From: Azolla caroliniana
Taxonomy: Eukaryota > Plantae > Polypodiophyta
Direction of reading: 5' to 3'
DNA: 64,000 nucleotides
Assembly: GCA_043228905.1 (NCBI GenBank)
Contig: JBHGNT010000009.1
Location: 14,446,001 to 14,510,000, forward strand
Numbering within the stretch: the stretch's first letter is position 1; every line of letters starts with the position of its first letter. Shown piece after piece: positions 60,213 through 64,000 of the stretch. The notes beneath the pieces are model-generated. The model saw nothing but the letters and a program-made list of their open reading frames with translations. It was not told the DNA's origin and did not search any database. Both the position numbers and the translations under genes were made by a program.

Positions 60213-63200
60213 ATGAAGCTGGGTGGATTCGGATTTGCAGGCTCTGGTGGTACTACTGGCTTTGGCTCCTCCACCAACTCTCATGGTATCAAAGCCTTCC
60301 TCACCGATCCTTCCACATCCAACAACGTCGGTGGCAATTTCTGTAGCAGCAACGAAGCATCTAGCAGGCCTACTACTACTAATACTAATAATAGCCTGCT
60401 TCCATCACCACCGAGCTTCCTGTCGCGTCAGGATCGGGGCATGAATATCTACCCTTCCTCTGCAGGCCTCTCCCTCGCTTTGGTAATCACATAATTCCAT
60501 CTCTAATCCCTATATATGAAGATCTATCTATAATCTGCATGTCGTTCGTTCTCTAATATTAACATTTGGCTGTCTTTCTGCGTCGTCTTAATCAGACGCA
60601 TATGGGTAATATGGTGGATGGAGGTGGACGCGTCATCGATCCATGCAGCCGGACGATGAGCAGCCCCGCAGAGATGCACGATCACCTGCAGATGAACGTG
60701 ATGAAAATGGGGTCCAGTCTTGCTTCTGCTGTAGCCAAGGATAATAGTAACACAGCTAGCATGGCTCAATCGGCGGCTCACAACGACACAGAGTACGAGA
60801 GCCGTTCTGGAAGTGATAACCTGGAAGGAGGAGGGTCGGGCGATGAGCTGCTCCAAGACGCAGAAGCCCAGGCCCGTCCGAGCAAGAAGCGGTACCATCG
60901 CCACGCTCCTTCCGTCATTCAAGAGCTGGAATCGTAAGACTAAGAAAAAACATGGTTCTGCAAATCAAATCGATCGTTTATAATCACCATATTCAGCCTG
61001 TAGGCCCTGTGTTGTTGACGTGTTTGTCTGTTTGTCTGCACGTGGCCCTCAGGTTCTTCAAGGAATGCCCTCATCCTGACGAGAAACAGAGGCAGGACCT
61101 GAGTCGCCGTCTAAATCTAGCGACGCGCCAGGTGAAGTTCTGGTTCCAGAATCGCCGAACGCAGATGAAGGTAAGATATTCTCCCGCCGCTCGCTCGTTT
61201 GCTCTGATCATCACTGCAACCACTGAATTCATTGAACACATTACAAAACCATTAAGGAATTTGCGATTGGGGCCCCTTTGAGCAGAGAGAGATGGTAACA
61301 CCACGTAAGCTTGTCTGTTGTTACTCTCATCCAGGCCCAGCAAGAACGGCACGAGAACAACGTGCTTAGGCAGGAGAACGAGCGGTTAAGGGCTGAGAAC
61401 TTCTCCATGCGCGAAGCTCTGCGGAACGCGTCCTGTCCCACATGTGGAGGTGGTCCGACGGCCATCGACATGTCTATCGAAGAACAGCAGATACGTTTCG
61501 AGAATGCTCGAATGAGAGAAGAGGTATATCTCACATACGCAGCCATATCAGTTTAAGCCTACATAATTGTGCTTCATATCTTGTTTCCTCTACGTTCGCT
61601 GTAAGCGATGGATCACTCTGATCTATTATTAACAATCGCTCTGATTGCTGCAGCTCGAGAGATTGTACTCCTTAGGAGGGAGAATGTATGGTGCTGGCAA
61701 GTCTTCCTTCTCTGCGCCCATCATCAATCCGCCGCCTTCCTCTACACTGCCATATTTCCAGGCTCTTCCTACAGTCAATAGCAACATAAGTAGCGAGTTA
61801 CCTCTGAATTTCAATATGGCTATGGTGCCTACGGCCAATAACATGGGAATGTCGAGCTCTGTCTTTCAGAGTGGGTTATCATCGGGCAGATCAGATCAGC
61901 ATTTGCTCCTTAATCCCAATTCTTCCACCGACAATCATCATCATCGCCAGAGCTTTCTCACCTCAACAGAGAAAAGTTTGATCTCTGAGCTCGCTGTTGT
62001 GGCTATGGAGGAGTTTGTCAAAATGGTTCATGCTAGTGATCCCCTATGGGTCATGTCTGTCGAAGGTTCTAGCCGTAGAGAAACATTAGATTTTGTCGAG
62101 TATCTTCATCAATTCCCACGAGGTATAGGTCCAAAACCAGATGGATATCGATCAGAAGCTACAAGAGATGCTGGCATGGTTATGCTTGATGCGCAGACAA
62201 TTGTCGATTCCTTCTTCGATGTGGTAAGCTCTCTGTTTGTAAGAATCTGAATTGTCTTATAATTCAGGACCTGCTTATTATCTGAACGTTCTGTTGTAAT
62301 GCGTTTATTGCAGAACAAATGGATGGAAATGTTCCCATGCATCATCTGCAAGGGTGATGTTGGTGAGGTTATCTCTGCAGGTTCACCAGGAACACGAAAT
62401 GGAGCGTTACAGTTGGTACATACATATATTGTTTGCACAGCTTATTTGCCATTAAATTTTGTGAAGCCTGCCTGATATTAGTCACTGACATTATTAATTA
62501 AAATCCCTGTGGGATGATCTTCTCAGATGTATGCAGAGCTTCAGGTGCCTACTCCCATGGTTCCAACAAGGCAGCTGTATTTCCTCCGCTATTGTAAGAC
62601 ATTTGCTGATGGCATGTCTGCGATAGTAGATGTTTCTGTGGATAACCTTCGAGGCGACTCTCCATCTATTGTGAATCGGTATAGGAGAAGGCCTTCAGGA
62701 TGCCTGATTCAACAGCTACCAAATGGATTCTCAAAGGTAAATTTAAAGATTGCTTGAAGTCTGTATTGATCCAATCCAATCTGTAGGTGATGAATAAACC
62801 TGATTTGCTTTTTCTGTATTGTGATTGCAGGTGAGCTGGGTGGAGCACTCTGAGTTCGATGATACTGCATACCACCATCTTTATCGGCCGATGGTGATAA
62901 GTGGTATGGCTTTCGGAGCTCATCGTTGGCTGTCAACCCTAAAGAGGCAATGCGAAAGACAATCTATACTCATGGGAAGCACTATGCCACCACATCAAGG
63001 AATGATTCCTCATGTGGGATCAGGTGACTACATGTTATCATAATATAAGGGCTCCCTTGGTAGGGATAGTGTTAGACTAAGAGTTATATATTTCAATTCC
63101 TCAACTACTAACAGTAGTGCCATGATTTATTGATGATCATTTCAGAGGAGGCTAGCAAGATGGGTTTGTTGAAATTGGCCCAGAGGATGACAGCTCAGCT

Positions 63201-64000
63201 CTGCAGTAGTCTGAGTGCATCGTCGACATGGACAACCCTTTCGGGGAGTTGTAATGGTGAAGACGAAGTGCGAGTGATGACCCGGGAGTATAGCTCTCTG
63301 AACCAGATGCCTCCTGGGTCCTCCAATGCTATGAATAGCCAGGGTGGGTACGATCAATTGTCTTCTAATTCGGCAGCTGGGATTGTATTGAGTGCTGCCA
63401 CATCCATCTGGTTACCTGCTTCGCCTCAGCGTGTCTTTGAGTTCCTCACCACTTCTCGTAGGGAGGTATTAATTAATACATAGATGAAGGCAGTCATAAT
63501 CTCTTTGACATATCAGAGTTTGAAGTAATTACAACTAATAGTGTAGTTGGGGGAGTGGGGGGTTTCAATAAAATCCTGGCTGATTTGAATGATGTTTATG
63601 GCATTAACAGTGGGATGTGCTGTCCGTGAATGGCCCAATGGATGAGCTTCTGAATGTGCCCACAGGACATGACCCTGGAAACTACGTGTCTTTGATGAAG
63701 GTGAGCTATACTACACCTAACCTCATCTAGACTCACATGTACAGAATAATAACAGCGAGGCATTTCTTTCCAACCAAAATGTAAATTAGGAAGGTGTGGC
63801 ATTGTTATTTGGTCCGATGCCACATACATAAATGCTCATCTAATGTGGCTTTTGTTGGTTTTTGGATGCAGCCTACGAAAAGCACAGGGAGCACCCTCAT
63901 CTTTCAAGAGTGCTGTAGTGATGCATCAGGGGCAAGCTTAGTGTATGCGCCGGTGGACATACAATATATGGATGCCGCCATGAGTGGGGTTGCTACAGGA
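60213..64000 (+). CDS. Class IV HD-ZIP transcription factor (ANL2/HDG1/ATML1/GL2 family), 3' partial. Exons 60213-60482, 60596-60933, 61053-61170, 61335-61523, 61654-62223, 62314-62415, 62527-62736, 62831-63023, 63146-63465, 63611-63700, 63872->64000
   Basis: All introns are GT-AG and phase-consistent. Motifs: GLSLAL; [12 protein letters not shown]; homeodomain [33 protein letters not shown]; ZLZ with CPTCGG; START ([55 protein letters not shown]); SAD region ([30 protein letters not shown]). An alternative in-frame ATG lies at 60159. Confidence 0.97.

Noticed and set aside
60213-64000. Assigning a specific gene symbol (ANL2, HDG1, ATML1 or GL2)
   Set aside because: The family is clear, but orthology cannot be set without a phylogeny.

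Overview
Eukaryotic, land-plant-type DNA; a non-seed plant such as a fern is my guess from the retroelement types, not proven. Bases 1-46,437 are a GC-rich island of nested LTR retrotransposons. It holds several Ty1/Copia copies with tRNA-iMet PBS, a chromovirus-type Gypsy RT/RNaseH remnant and two Athila/Tat-like Gypsy pieces. It also holds a distinctive tRNA-Trp-primed Gypsy family made of a pol-bearing helper-type copy (27,836-34,470) and non-autonomous Gag-only or non-coding derivatives (5,273-12,402; 6,475-11,510; 16,927-26,933). All five visible insertions of this family sit at 4-bp NCGN targets. One Gypsy 3' half carries a ~900-codon extra ORF just upstream of its 3' LTR. Bases ~46.9-50.4 kb are LINE remnants (L1-like and RTE-like). 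Bases ~50.4-60.2 kb are AT-rich and microsatellite-rich upstream DNA with L1-box motifs. Bases 60,213-64,000 encode the first 11 exons of a class IV HD-ZIP (homeodomain-ZLZ-START) gene that runs off the window. All calls were made by eye; no database searches were run.
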